Assembly (NCBI GenBank): GCA_951406725.2
Contig: OX597831.1
Coordinates: forward strand, 55,924,001 to 55,988,000
Direction: 5' to 3'
Source: Octopus vulgaris
Taxonomy: Eukaryota
Length of the DNA stretch: 64,000 nt
Shown here: positions 13,947 to 26,762 of the stretch, piece after piece
How the letters are laid out: each line of letters begins with the position of its first letter
Position numbering within the stretch: position 1 is the stretch's first letter
Notes under the pieces: generated by a model
Told to the model about the DNA's origin: nothing
Database searches by the model: none
The model's input: the letters and a program-made list of their open reading frames with translations, nothing else
Made by a program: the position numbers and the translations under genes

Positions 13947-14011
13947 GCCTTTAATCTTCAGTCAAGAACTGGATCATCCTCGCAATTTCGGCTGATTAAT
14001 CTTGAGATTGC
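13947..14011 (-). ncRNA. Non-circularly permuted hammerhead motif, version 1, copy 2
   Basis: Stems I and III are identical to 9006-9071. Differences fall in the linker, the 5-nt insert after the core and the last base of stem II. Confidence 0.75.
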
Positions 14012-14109
14012 TCCAATCTGGCCAGCCCTACGGAAAAACTAAGCTATGAGCATTATATATAAATTTTTAAAAAATGGAGTTTAACGCATATATAATTCAA
14101 ATACTTTTA

Positions 14110-14195
14110 CTTCCGACACATGTTTCAAAGATTTCACTGATATTATTCCAAAGGAATAAATGGTGTAAAACAAATTAATCTTCTCTTCAGGGAAG
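14110..14195 (-). ncRNA. Type I hammerhead, intact core, long stem II
   Basis: Minus strand CTTCC-CTGAAGA-gAAGATT...TTATTCC ttt GGAATAA...AATCTTt-GAA-AC ATGT GT-C-GGAAG. GUC triplet. Confidence 0.8.
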
Positions 14196-14625
14196 AGAAG
14201 AAATGAAACTCGTCAATAAGACATTTTAACAGAAAATGATGGATATGTATAGTTATTTACTGAACGCTATTAATATTGTTTGAAAAAACGTTATATGATA
14301 TAACATCAGAAGTAGCCTATAGAAAGAGGAGGGATATATTTTTAGTGAATGTTAAATATATATGTATATATATGTATATATGTATATATATATATGTATA
14401 TATATGTATATATATATATATATATATAGCAATAATAATTCTCTAAATGAGATATAGACAGTAACTGCTCCATAACATAAGGGACTAAAGCCATCTGAAT
14501 ATGGCTAGGGACAGGGCAGGGTGGTGTTACTGTTGCATTTAGCCCCAGGCGAACATCAACGTCGCCAGATAGGCTTGACACCATCACGGCGTCCTCTATC
14601 CTGCAAAGGGAGATAATTCCCCGAT

Positions 14626-14698
14626 GAAGCGGAAACCACACACGGACCTAGGTTTCAAGGTGTTTGCCTATTATCAACGTATGGTAGGCACCCGCTTC
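14626..14698 (-). ncRNA. Type I hammerhead, U3-A8 variant, extended stem I
   Basis: Reverse complement of 15182-15254. Confidence 0.82.
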
Positions 14699-15181
14699 CT
14701 CGATGAATCACTCACTCTGCAGGATATTTATATAGATTTTCAAGCAAAATACATTTGCTGATTTCGAAAATCTGTTCGACAGCAATAATAATTCTCTAAA
14801 TGAGATATAGACAGTAACTGCTCCATAACATAAGGGACTAAAGCCATCTGAATATGGCTAGGGACAGGGCAGGGTGGTGGGGGTGTTACCGCTTCATCGG
14901 GGAATTATCTCCCTTTGCAGGATAGAGGACGCCGTGATGGTGTCAAGCCTATCTGGCGACGTTGATGTTCGCCTGGGGCTAAACACAACAGTAACACCCC
15001 CACCACCCTGCCCTGTCCCTAGCCATATTCAGATGGCTTTAGTCCCTTATGTTATGGAGCAGTTACTGTCTATATCTCATTTAGAGAATTATTATTGCTG
15101 TCGAACAGATTTTCGAAATCAGCAAATGTATTTTGCTTGAAAATCTATATAAATATCCTGCAGAGTTAGTGGTTCGTCGAG

Positions 15182-15254
15182 GAAGCGGGTGCCTACCATA
15201 CGTTGATAATAGGCAAACACCTTGAAACCTAGGTCCGTGTGTGGTTTCCGCTTC
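15182..15254 (+). ncRNA. Type I hammerhead, U3-A8 variant, extended stem I
   Basis: GAAGCGG..CATACG-TTGATAA-tAGG caaaca CCTt-GAA-ACCTAGGT-C-CGTGTG..CCGCTTC. Predicted cleavage after 15235 (GUC). Confidence 0.82.
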
Positions 15255-15409
15255 ATCGGGGAATTATCTCTCTTTGCAGGATAGAGGACGCCGTGATGGT
15301 GTCAAGCCTATCTGGCGACGTTGATGTTCGCCTGGGGCTAAATGCAACAGTAACACCACCCTGCCCTGTCCCTAGCCATATTCAGATGGCTTTAGTCCCT
15401 TATGCAGTC

Positions 15410-15486
<77 letters not shown>

Positions 15487-15648
15487 TATACATAGGTATA
15501 CATACATATGTGTGTATGTATAGATGTATGTATATATGCATGTATATGTATGTACATGTGTATATATATGTATATATATGTATGTACATGTTTATATATG
15601 TAAATATATGTATATATGTAAGTATATGTATATCTATGTATATATGTT

Positions 15649-15743
<95 letters not shown>

Positions 15744-16063
15744 GTATGCGTATGGATATGTGTATACATATATGCGCAAGTTTGTCTTTGCATCCCTACC
15801 TCTTGAATACTGATGTAGGTTTGTTCACGTCCCAACAAACTAGCGGTTCAGCAAAATCCAAACGATAAAGTGCTGGGCTTGAACTGAAATATGTACAGGC
15901 GACAACTTGTCTGACTAAATCCTTCAAGGTGGTTCCCTCTCCTAACAGCATTCCATGGAGATTAAAAATTACTAAAAGAAAACATACATGCATACATACA
16001 TACATACACACATACGTACATACATATACATACTTAAACATACCTGCATATACATTAGGTATA

Positions 16064-16102
<39 letters not shown>

Positions 16103-16114
16103 GTGTGTGTGTGC

Positions 16115-16233
<119 letters not shown>

Positions 16234-18177
16234 GTGTGCTTGAAGAAAGACGTGTATAGCCATCTAACAATGCAATAAACACTCCGCGAAGAAGGAAGAG
16301 ATGATAACCGGGGCTTTGTTGATAGAAAAGAATTCGAGAAAACTGACCTCTTGTTAAACTTTCATATATTTACTGTCTGACTGTAAAAGTTGTGACTATG
16401 TGCTTGTGTGACGTAGCCTGAATAAATATTCTCCTTTAGGGATTAAATTGTTTGAAAGATATCCGAAAAATGTTGAAATGCTTATGATGTTCTTTAGATG
16501 CGGTTAGAGTAGGCTATACAACAATAATATCATCCTTAACCCCGCTGTCTTTCTTTGCATTGTCTAGCAAGACGCCATGTTTTTAATGACTAGTCGCAGT
16601 AGTTTATAAGTCTCTCTCTTCTTTACAAAATGTATTTCTGAACAACAATTGTGGTCGAGTTTTATTTGCCTACAATATTGATTTCTTTTGCTGGGAAGTT
16701 GTTGTTGTTGTTGCTGCTGTGGTTATTTAATTATAGATCACTCTAGATTGGATGGATCTATGATCAAAAGATTTCTAGACATGACTGATCTGTCTTTCAC
16801 TTAGACATTGTATATCAAGGATTACATTAGTCAATGCGTTCTTTTATTTACGTGATAATAGAGTATAATTCTTAGAAACATTTTGCTGTTATATCTAGCA
16901 TATTGACTGGATGGCGAGTGATATATGCAGGAGGTAAATTCCTTGCGAGCTGAGTTTGCAATCTTGTCTCGATTCCAAGTTAAAGCTACTAATCTCCATT
17001 TATCTGTCTCTTGACACATGTATAAACATAGCATAATGCTTCTAAAGAGGATTGGCATCGAGGAAAAGAGAATAGGACTGAACCTGAAATATGTTGGCTA
17101 GGAGATACTGCTGGTGTAACCAACTGGATGTATTATATTTTATCAACTTTGAAGAAGCAAATTCTTGTTCGATACGAGAGGGATTTTAACCCAGTGTATA
17201 GAAGAGTAAAAGGGAAGTAGAGAGATGTTTTAAAATCAATAATCTGGCCATTGATTAACGCTCACTTACTGGCCTAGTAACTGTAATGTAATTTCTATAA
17301 GTTCAGAGCTGATGTTGCCCTAGCACGAAAATTCAATACTGTGGTGATTGCTGTGGAACTACCAAAAAATTCTCTACAATCCGAGGCTTCAACATAGTTT
17401 CAGTTCCCACTTGAAGACATTTTAATTCTATTACGTCTTGAAGTGATATTAATGTCACCGCTCTCAGTGTCTGTTCCACTGAAATATAAAGCCTTTGTAC
17501 TCAGTCAAAAATGAAAAAACAAAACAAAACAATCTTACACCTTAAGAAAGCTGGCAAGCTAGCAGAATGTTAGCACGTCAAGCAAAATAATGCTAGCGAT
17601 ATTTCTTTCGGCTCTTTACGTCCTGAGTTCAAATCCTGCCGAAGTCACTTTTATCTTCCATCTCTTCAGGGTCGTAAAATAAAGTACCATTTAAGCATTG
17701 TAGTCAATTGAACTCTGCAATGGACCGCCGTTCCATTCAGGAGAATGTTGTCCTCTCAGTCACTTACACGCCATGGAAACTGGGTTACTCGGTCTTATGA
17801 GATCTAAGGCTCAAGAGGAATGTAAGGAAAAAAACTACCTTAAAAATAATGTTTCAAACTTTTCGGCCGATAGGAACTGGCTTTGGTAACCTTCATACCG
17901 AGAAAATTAGGAAAAGAATAAATTCCATGTTCAGAATTCAGCCCGCAACAGCTTTGTTTTATATTATCAGTGAAAAAGGGTATGACTTGTCTATGATTAA
18001 AATAGCAAAAACCACCAGAGTCGAGGATATCTTAGTAATGATATTCTAGTAGTTTTTGAAGCGAACCAATATTAGAGAAATAATAGAAGAGATTACTTAG
18101 TATAGGGAAAGGGCAGTGAAGGTATCTAAAAGAGTATAAGAAATATTCGAAGATTCCAACGTATTTTAACAAACACT

Positions 18178-18250
18178 TGGTCTAGTTCGCTTGAAGAACT
18201 GAAGAACTACTAAAGTTTTCGTTACTAATATAACCTCCATCCTATTAGTT

Positions 18251-18302
<52 letters not shown>

Positions 18303-18368
18303 GTTCGCTTGAAGAACTGAAGAACAACTAAAGTTTTCGTTACTAATATAACCTCCATCCTATTAGTT

Positions 18369-18440
<72 letters not shown>
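18178..18440. repeat. Tandem duplication of about 75 bp unique sequence plus (CT)n
   Basis: TGGTCTAGTTCGCTTGAAG...TATTAGTTTCTT(CT)n starts at about 18178 and again at about 18297. Confidence 0.85.
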
Positions 18441-18444
<4 letters not shown>

Positions 18445-19546
18445 CTCTCTCTCTCTTCTATGCATCTCTCCCCGAGATTATCTCTCATTTTTTTTTGCAT
18501 GAAATTTTCCCGGAGTCTTAATTTCATTTGCAAACTCAGACCAAATTGTCTTCTCTTGATGAGACATCTGCTGGATAGACAAACGATCCACGAATGGTTG
18601 AGACAAATTTTATGAATAAACTATGCACGCACACACACACACACACACACACAGGATCAATCCTGGAATTGATCATTCTATCTGTTTTAGACACGATATT
18701 CTATCTTTTCTAGACTACATTGTCCAGTGTTCTTCCTTTTTGTTAAAAAGACATTAAAGCGAGATTTAAAGAGAAACTGCGCTGCTGTTTCTTGTTGGTA
18801 GTGTTGACTCACTGATTTGAAAATGTATTTGTTAATTTCATGTATGCACTTCCTTGTATCTGTAAATGGAACGTAGAACCAACCATTCAAAAATTGAAGT
18901 GCAATGATTGGTATTGCCTCAGTAACGTAGCTAGAATATGTGCAACCCGGGGCAACCCATACACACACACACACACACATGCACACATATACAGTCACGC
19001 GCACACATACGCGTGTGTCCTCCTCCCCAAGCCTATGCAGTCATATAGGCAACATTTCGGTATTAGTAGACGACGTCATTCACCCATACAATGTCCCTCT
19101 TGACATAGATGAAGAGGCTCGGCTGAAAAAGAGAGTGATGACGTCGTTTATTTATACCGAAAGATTGCCGGCTTATACAGCAGACTCAAAAATGCCGCTA
19201 CCATAAAAGCTTCGTCTGGGCCGAGCCGGACCGGACCGGGCCGGGCCGCCCTCCACGAAGCTATGCTGCTGTGATTTTCACGACTCTAATATAGTAACAC
19301 CGTTGAGTTTGTCTGCAAGTCACTAAATAGTATTGTGTTTTCTCGTGTCTTCGTCGGTGTTCAGGACTAACTTTACATCTTCAATGGATTAAAAAGCCGC
19401 TCTGCTCTATTGGATGACTGTAACAAACAAACAAATAACCGCAGCAGCAACACAAGAACATTAACAACGACGACCATTAGAACAACAGCGACAAGGTGAA
19501 AAATAATAACCAAAATCACAAGAGTAGTAGTAGTAGTTGTTGTTAA

Positions 19547-19800
19547 GGCGGCGAGCTGCCAAAAACGTTAGCACGCCGGACGAAATGCTTAGCGGCTTTG
19601 GAGGTAGTAAAGAAATGGGTATTTCGTCTGCCGCTACGTTCTGAGTTCAAATTCCGCCGAGGTCGACTTTGCCTTTCATCCTTTCGGGGTCGATTAAATA
19701 AGTACCAGTTACGCACTGGGGTCGATATAATCGACTTAATCCCTTTGTCTATCCTTGTTTGTCTACTCTATGTTTAGCCCCTTGTGGGTAGTAAAGAAAG
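19547..19800 (+). mobile_element. SINE family B
   Basis: GGCGGCGAGCTG..AAACGTTAGCACGCCGG head, B-box GAGTTCAAATTCC, GCCTTTCATCCTTTCGGGGTCGAT core. Other copies at about 17549, 22955(-), 25690-26015(-), 28270(-), 31080(-), 39215, 43230(-), 44218, 44488, 53720(-) and 62720. Confidence 0.85.
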
Positions 19801-19882
19801 TAGTAGTAGTAGTAGTAGTAGTAGGAGGAGGAGGAGGAGGAGGAGGAGGAGTAGTAGGAGTAGTAGTAGTAGTAGGTGTAGT

Positions 19883-19915
<33 letters not shown>

Positions 19916-20130
19916 GGTAGTAGTAGTGGTGGTGGTGGTGGTGGTGGTGGTGGTGGTGGTGTGGTGGTGGTTTTGGTGGTGGTGGTAGTAGTGGTGGTGG
20001 TGGTGGTGGTGGTGGTGGTGGTGGTGGTGGTGGTGGTAGTGGTGGTGGTGGTGGTGGTGGTGGTTTTGGTGGTGGTGGTAGTAGTGGTGGTGGTGGTGGT
20101 GGTGGTGGTAGTAGTAGTAGTAGTAGTAAC
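19800..20130. repeat. Compound trinucleotide microsatellite (GTA/GGA/GCA/GGT)
   Basis: Directly visible. It continues from the SINE tail and produces spurious homopolymer ORFs. Confidence 0.95.
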
Positions 20131-20640
20131 AGCAGGAACAACGCCAGCGGCGGCGAAGGTGGCAAAGGCGGCAGCAGCAGTAGGGAGGGATGTGATAATA
20201 ATCGTTCGTTAACTTCAAGGCCTAAAGCGCGAAAGGCGCACGGTCGATGAAGCCAAAAATTCATACAAGTGAAAATAAATATAAACTGAGACCAATAACA
20301 AACATTACTCACCAAGGACACCATTCAAAAATTTATTACAAAATGTAAATGCACTTAAACCAGCTTCCAGGCATGTAAAATATTACAGGTCGTGAGTACT
20401 TAGCAGGAATAACTTTATATATACATAAATAAAACGTAGCTATGTGTGTATATATCTTTTATCTTTTACTTGTTTCAGTCATTTGACTGCAGCCTTGCTG
20501 GGACACCGCCTTGAAGAGTTTACATTTTTAGTCGAACAAATCGACCCCACCGATTGTCATATAGTGATGAAGGAACAAACACAAATATATATTTTTTTTT
20601 TCCCTCTGTCTTCCCTTCTCGGGATCTTTACTTCTCCTTC

Positions 20641-20675
20641 GTTTCCGACGAAGAGCTCCGCTCGAAACGTTAAAC
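20641..20675 (+). ncRNA. Minimal hammerhead (dimer-type stem III), U4>C
   Basis: GTTT-CCGACGA-aGAGC tcc GCTC-GAA-ACGT-T-AAAC inside a roughly 200-bp element (20597-20790) ending at (AT)n. Sister copy at 61751-61956. Confidence 0.7.
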
Positions 20676-20793
20676 CCTCCTTCCCTTCTTTCCTGAGCGT
20701 CCAATAATACTTTATTTGTTCAACGTCCTCGCGTTGCTGTGTTTTTTTTTGTTTTTTGTGTTTTTGTGTTTTCTTGTTTGGATTAACTTTATA

Positions 20794-20853
<60 letters not shown>

Positions 20854-20960
20854 AGGTTCAGTTGAATTAGATACTTAAGTTGAAGTACCAAGTCAGTCCG
20901 GTATTATCCACACTGCTCGAAGGTAAATAAAATCAAAATAAAATCAAAATTATTTGTTTG

Positions 20961-21045
20961 TGCAGCTGAAGATGGCACTGCATTGAAATTGATGTAATGA
21001 TTGCATTGTTCAATTAAATGGATTCTTTGAAGCGGTCGTACTGCA
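20961..21045 (+). ncRNA. Type I hammerhead-like motif, long stem II
   Basis: TGCAG-CTGAAGA-(56 nt hairpin)-GAA-GCGGTCGT-A-CTGCA. A15.1>G, lies between two (AT)n tracts. Confidence 0.65.
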
Positions 21046-21329
21046 TTACTACTTGATATTCTTTGCCTATTTTGATTATTTGTATATATATATATATATA
21101 TTATACATATACATACACACACCCACACACACTCTCATACACACATACAAACATATTGATGTATATGTGCGTATGAATGTATGTCACTACTAATCCAAAT
21201 AGTAGCACAAAAGAAATAAATGAAGTTGAAAATAAACACAAGGCATGAAGGGCTATTTAAATTTTAACATATATAGATCGCTAGCCACTACACATTCTTT
21301 ATTTTCTTTCCTTGTTTCTTTCTGTGTTC

Positions 21330-21365
21330 CTTTCTGTGGAAGAGCGTAGGCTCGAAATGTTAAAG
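21330..21365 (+). ncRNA. Minimal hammerhead-like motif, core altered
   Basis: CTTT-CTGTGGA-aGAGC gtag GCTC-GAA-ATGT-T-AAAG. Host element is about 21277-21450 and its 3' part recurs inverted at 50310-50375. Confidence 0.55.
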
Positions 21366-21442
21366 ACTTTTCACTCCCGAGCGTTATACTAATACATCTG
21401 TTTGTTGTCTACACCACCTGTCTTCGTGTTTTATTATTTTTT

Positions 21443-21537
<95 letters not shown>

Positions 21538-22259
21538 CATACATACATACATACATACACACATACATACATACATACATACATACATACACATGCATAC
21601 GCATATGCATATATACACACACACACAGGGTGGGATTCTTTCAGTTTACGTCTACCAAATCCAGTCTCAAAGCGTTGGTTTGCCCGAGGCTATAGTAGGA
21701 GACACTTGCCCAAGGTTCTATGCAGTGGGACTGAATCCAGAACAGTGTGGTTGTGAAGAAATATGCACACACACATAACTACACACCTACACACACAGTT
21801 ATCCTTATTTTCTGACGGTAAAGAAATGTTACAACGAAATCAAAGGCGATGCAGCTGTCTACCTGGGCCCTCAAATCCTAATGGAGTCGAAGGGGCGTCT
21901 ATTCCTCAAAAGGTTTGGTCACAGCTGATTTCTTCTAGAGAGGAAGGGAGGGGAAAAAGAAGAAGAGAGGGGGACAGAAAGAAGGAGAATGAGAAGAAAT
22001 AAAGCAAGAGAAAGAGAGTAAGAGGAGTAATGGACTGGTACTTCATTTATTGACCCTGTTATAAAGAAAGGTAAATTTGACCTTGTGATTTGAATCCAGC
22101 ACACAGTCAAATTTTGGCAAAACATTCCAGTCGACTTTTTGACAACTTTGTTGATTCACTACCTTACACACACACATGTATGCACATAAACATATATACA
22201 TACATATACATACACACACATACGCATACACACATTCACACACACACACACACACTTAC

Positions 22260-22620
22260 GGGCACAAAACTTCATCTTCGTTTCAAGGAGATCTGTAAGA
22301 GATATGAAGCCAATAGATTTGGACATCCTGAGATGAGAGGAAGCCACAAATGATCGCCTACGCTGGAGACAAGTATTACGCAAGGGGATGGAGCGAGCGG
22401 AAGGAGAAACTGGAACTTGCCATCGAAGAAAAGCATGCTCGAAGACAGATAAATTCAGTAACGCCGGTGGAGAGCCTCTTCAAATGCAGTCGCTGCATGC
22501 GAAACTACCACTCCTGTTTGGGCTTTTATAATCACAGCAAACGTTGCACCGCCATCAGCAAATGACAGAAAATTCTCCAGGCACAGATCCATGGTCTTTC
22601 GAGATCGATGGATGACTATC
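22260..22620 (+). mobile_element. RTE-clade LINE 3' fragment
   Basis: LRFKEICKR...DRLRWRQ...FKCSRCMRNYHSCLGFYNHSKRC, the C-terminal Cys/His motif of RTE ORFs, with frameshifts. Confidence 0.75.
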
Positions 22621-23883
22621 TCTTACGTTGGAATAGTGTACTTCAGTTGCTATACTAAAACTTCTAAGACATCACTGGATGGTACTTTGTTATTATGTGC
22701 CTGTGCGCGCAGTGTAATGAGGGAATTCCGTTTACAAAATTAAGGGATTTCTCTAGTTTTCTTCATGTTATGAGATGTCATCATCACTTCCGGTCAATGT
22801 GCTTTTTTTGCCCCTAAACTGCATTTTAATCGAAAAAGAAAAAACAGGGTGAAGAGACTACACCCTTGTGGATTAGAAGCTGGAGCACGTCTGTGAATGA
22901 AAAATATTAAATCTTACACGATTTGGTATGGTTTAATATTCTATAATTCTTTCTACTATAGGCACAAGGCCTGAAATTTTGGAAGGGGACTAGTCGATTA
23001 CATCGACACCAGTATTTGACTAGTACTTAATTTATCGACCCCGAAAGGATGAAAGGCAAAGTCGACCTCGGCGGAATTTGAACTCAGAACGTAAAGACGA
23101 ACAAAATACCGCCAAGAATTTTCCCCGGCGTGCAAATGATTCTGCCTGCTCGCCGCCTTGTTTAATTTAGTATTTTGATGCATCAACAATAGTTTTCAGT
23201 TGTTCTGCGCTATATATGTTTGTATATATGAGTTGATAGCTATAAAAGAATGGAGGTAAAGTAAAGACAAGATGTTCTAGATTTGAAAGGGAAGGTGAAG
23301 AGAGAGAAAAGAACAGAGAAGAGAAACACATACAGACTGAGATAAAGAAGGTAGGAATGTAAGGAGAGAAAGGAGGCAATGGAGAAACAGAAAGAGTTAG
23401 AAAAACTGGAGCACAAAATCGTGAAAAGACGGAGAAAAATTAACTGTATGGGAGCAAAAGGGTGGATTGAGAGGGTAACTGAGAAACGGAAGTTTGAAAC
23501 AAATAGAAGTGCATTAATACAAAGAGAAATACTGACTGGGAGCTTGAGAAAGGAGAGAAACGAAGGTGAAAAAAGAAACGGAGACAGAGATAAGTGGGGA
23601 CTTGGGAACCAAGGCTGATAAATAAAAAATAATAAATCAGAAAAAGGAGGGATGTTGATTTGAATAGAGTAAGAAAGAAAAAGAGAGAGGGGGCGGAGAG
23701 ACAGACTGACAGACAGTGACAGAGACAGGTTGACAGATAGAGAGGAGGAGAGAGAAAGAAAAAGAAGAGATTAAAATATAGAATAAAATTGACCAAATTA
23801 TGCAGGAAATAAATGTTTACAAGAATATGTAAGCAGATGTGTGTGTGTGTGTGTGTGTATGTGTGTGTTTGTAAGTGTGGGGA

Positions 23884-23929
<46 letters not shown>

Positions 23930-23944
23930 TCAATGCTCATATGA

Positions 23945-24010
<66 letters not shown>

Positions 24011-24495
24011 GGGCAGAGAGAAGTGAGAATGTGAAAGGGCCAGTGACTAACCTACCCATCCAAACCGGAACGTGAATATATAATGTTGGAGTGGGGGGGA
24101 AGAGCGAGTGGGAGAGAGAGGAAGAGAAAGAGGGGGAGATGGAGTTAGAGAAAGATGGGAGAGGGAGGAAGAGAAAGAAGGGGAGAGGGAGGAAGAGAAA
24201 GTGGGAAGAGAGAGGAAGAGAGAGGGAAATTAAAGAAGAGAGATAAAGAGAAAGTATGGTGTTGTTTACCTGCGAGAGGACTATGGGGCATCACCTAAAA
24301 AAAAAAAGAAAGAAAAAGGAAGAGAAAACGAGATACAAGAATACAAAATGGAGAGGTATTATTTGCAATGAGATGAACGTGTGTCACTGACAATATAACA
24401 TAACGTTATCTGAACATCAAACATTGGAGACAACAAACCTGCCTACCCTTTCTCCTGACTTCATATCGACTGGCAAAACTGGCGCAGCAGTCACG

Positions 24496-24593
24496 TCAGT
24501 AACACTACAGACAGAGGAGTGAAGTAAAGAGACCAGACGAACAACCAAAGGATTCAAGCTATTAAACCCACCAGGTCATACCTCTCTACATCG
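24496..24593 (+). other. Candidate non-coding first exon / TSS of the downstream mucin-like gene
   Basis: Unique sequence with CACGTCAGT (CRE-like half site plus Inr-like TCAGT), ending at a donor-like CG|GTAGGT. No transcript evidence. Confidence 0.3.
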
Positions 24594-24659
24594 GTAGGTT
24601 TCTCTCTTCCTTATATTTTCTTTTACTTTTTTAATTTTTTTTTTTTTTTACATTTAGTC

Positions 24660-25170
24660 TTTTACCTTTTGTTTATTTCAAGTCATCGGACTACGGCCAA
24701 GCTGGGGCATCGCCTTGAAGGGGCTTTCGTCGAACAAATTGACCTTAGTACTTTTTTTTTTGTAAAGCTTGGTATTTATCTTATCGGTCTCTTTTTGCCA
24801 CACAGCTAAGTTGTAAGTGACGTAGACAAACTGATACGGATTGCCAAGCAATGGTGGGGAAAAAGGACGGGCACAAAGACATACATACATACATACATGC
24901 ATACATACATACATACATACATACATACATACATACATACAGACAGACATGCATGCATACATTCATTTATACATATATACATACATGCACACACACACAC
25001 ATATATATACAAATACGACTGGCTTCCGTGCAGTTTCCATCTACTAAATTCACTTACAAAGAATTGGGTGGCTCGAGGCTATAATAGAAAATATTTGCCT
25101 TAGGACTGTGGGACTGAACCTGAAACCACATGATTGCAAAACAACCGTCCTAACCATACAACCATGCCTA
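24660..25170 (-). mobile_element. SINE family C, diverged full-length copy
   Basis: Reverse complement of the 36877-37290 architecture with an internal (CATA)n tract. Confidence 0.75.
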
Positions 25171-26084
25171 CATCTATAAACCCGTGCACCTTTTTCTAAT
25201 ATAATTAGAAGAAGAAGCTGGGCTTTGCAAAATGGCTTCCTATTTATTTTTTCCCAGAATGCAAAAATTAAATTGCATCTCCGTCGGCTTCGACTATGAG
25301 TATTCAGTTGCTCCATCAGCTTTACTATTGTGCCTCATTGAATTAGTGTACGGTTGGATGAATATTCCACAGACACGTGTACCTTTAACGAAATTCTCAG
25401 GCAGAATCAGTGTGACACAGTTTGCCAAGACTGGACTGTTTTAATTCCAGAAACAATCCATCCGACAGGCTTATACATCTCCCTTCCACTAACTTTCAAT
25501 CACAAGGCTTGAATCTGCCTGAATCTATGGAAAAACAAGCCCGCATAGGATGACACGCGGTGAGATCGAACCCACGCCGTCATAATTGCGAAGAATAATT
25601 CTTAACCGATTGGCCATACTGCACCCCAGGAGTTCATTACCAACCACGAGTATCGGAATCTGTGGTGAAAATGGGTTCAGGAGAAGGATGACAGGTAAAG
25701 TCGACCTCGACCGCATTTGAACTCAGAAGACAAAGACAGACGAAATGCCACAAAGCATTTTGCCCGGCGTGCTAACGTTTCTTATTTCTTTATTACCCAC
25801 AAGGGGCTACACACAGAGGGGACAAACAAGGACAGACAAACGGATTAAGTCGATTATATTGACCCCAATGCGTAACTGGTACTTATTTAATCAACCCCGA
25901 AAGGATGAATGGCAAAGTCGACCTCGGCTGAATTTGAACTCAGAACGTAGCAGCAGACGAAATATCGCTAAGCATTTCGCCCGGCGTGCTAACGTTTCTG
26001 CCAGCTCGCCGCCTTAGATTGATATTGCATTATTATCACAAAATAGGGCGGTGGTTTGGGTTGATAAAATTTATAGTGTAGAGC

Positions 26085-26687
26085 AGTGGTTCCCACACAT
26101 AGTACCACACAGAGTATTCCTTGGGATTACAATCGAAGGGATTAAGAACTCAGAAATTGGGGCAGTGCAAGTAGAAATTCTCCGATAATTACCTCTGACT
26201 CTTCTAGGACGTATGGCAAGGATTCGAATTCTGTTGTCACACATATGGCCTTCCAGCAGCAACCCTCAAATTTGTTTTACCGAAGTCTGTAGCAGTTTCG
26301 CATAGCCCTGTTCAAAAACGAGGGGCGGCATGACGTCAACCTCACAGAGGATACACCCCAAAACCATCACAGTTTGAGGGACGTTGGTTCTTATGATGTC
26401 CTTCATGTCACATCAAACAGTCTTTATAGTATTCACAGAACGTTGAGCAGTAGTCATGATGTTGGCATTTTGATATCCAGTGCAAAAAAATCAAGATAAG
26501 ATTTAACTCTCTTCCAATATTCAGATGGCTTCCAGGCCTCCATGTCAGTTAACTTTTTCTCTGCCACAACTTTATATGCTCTCCAACGCTGTTGACTATT
26601 TACCAATACATCAAGCTGTTCCTCAAAAAAAAATGAGATATAAGAACATAAGGAATAGCTAAATTTAGCCTGAACAGACTGTATATA

Positions 26688-26690
<3 letters not shown>
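26085..26690 (-). mobile_element. Highly degenerate maT-like Tc1/mariner remnant
   Basis: Minus strand TNVPQTVMVLGCILCEVDVMPP parallels KHPVNIMVFGVITCDCDVMP of the 2110-2721 transposase. Confidence 0.6.

Positions 26691-26762
<72 letters not shown>

Larger units (their letters stand above)
14428..15404. mobile_element. 353-bp-unit repeat in tandem plus inverted arrangement (retrozyme-like or Penelope pLTR-like), flanked by (AT)n
   Basis: Period of 353 bp (14429 vs 14782). The minus arm 14428-14889 holds about 1.3 units and the plus arm 14889-15404 about 1.45 units. One HHR per unit. Confidence 0.85.

Noticed and set aside
14621-14656. Opposite-polarity hammerhead-like CCGATGA AGCG GAAAC in the 353-bp unit
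   Set aside because: No stem II or stem I complementarity, probably a by-product of the extended stem I.
14342-15523. Repeated ORF WFPLHRGIISLCRIED in the 353-bp unit
   Set aside because: No ATG start at the annotated position, the unit length is not a multiple of 3 and there is no recognisable domain.
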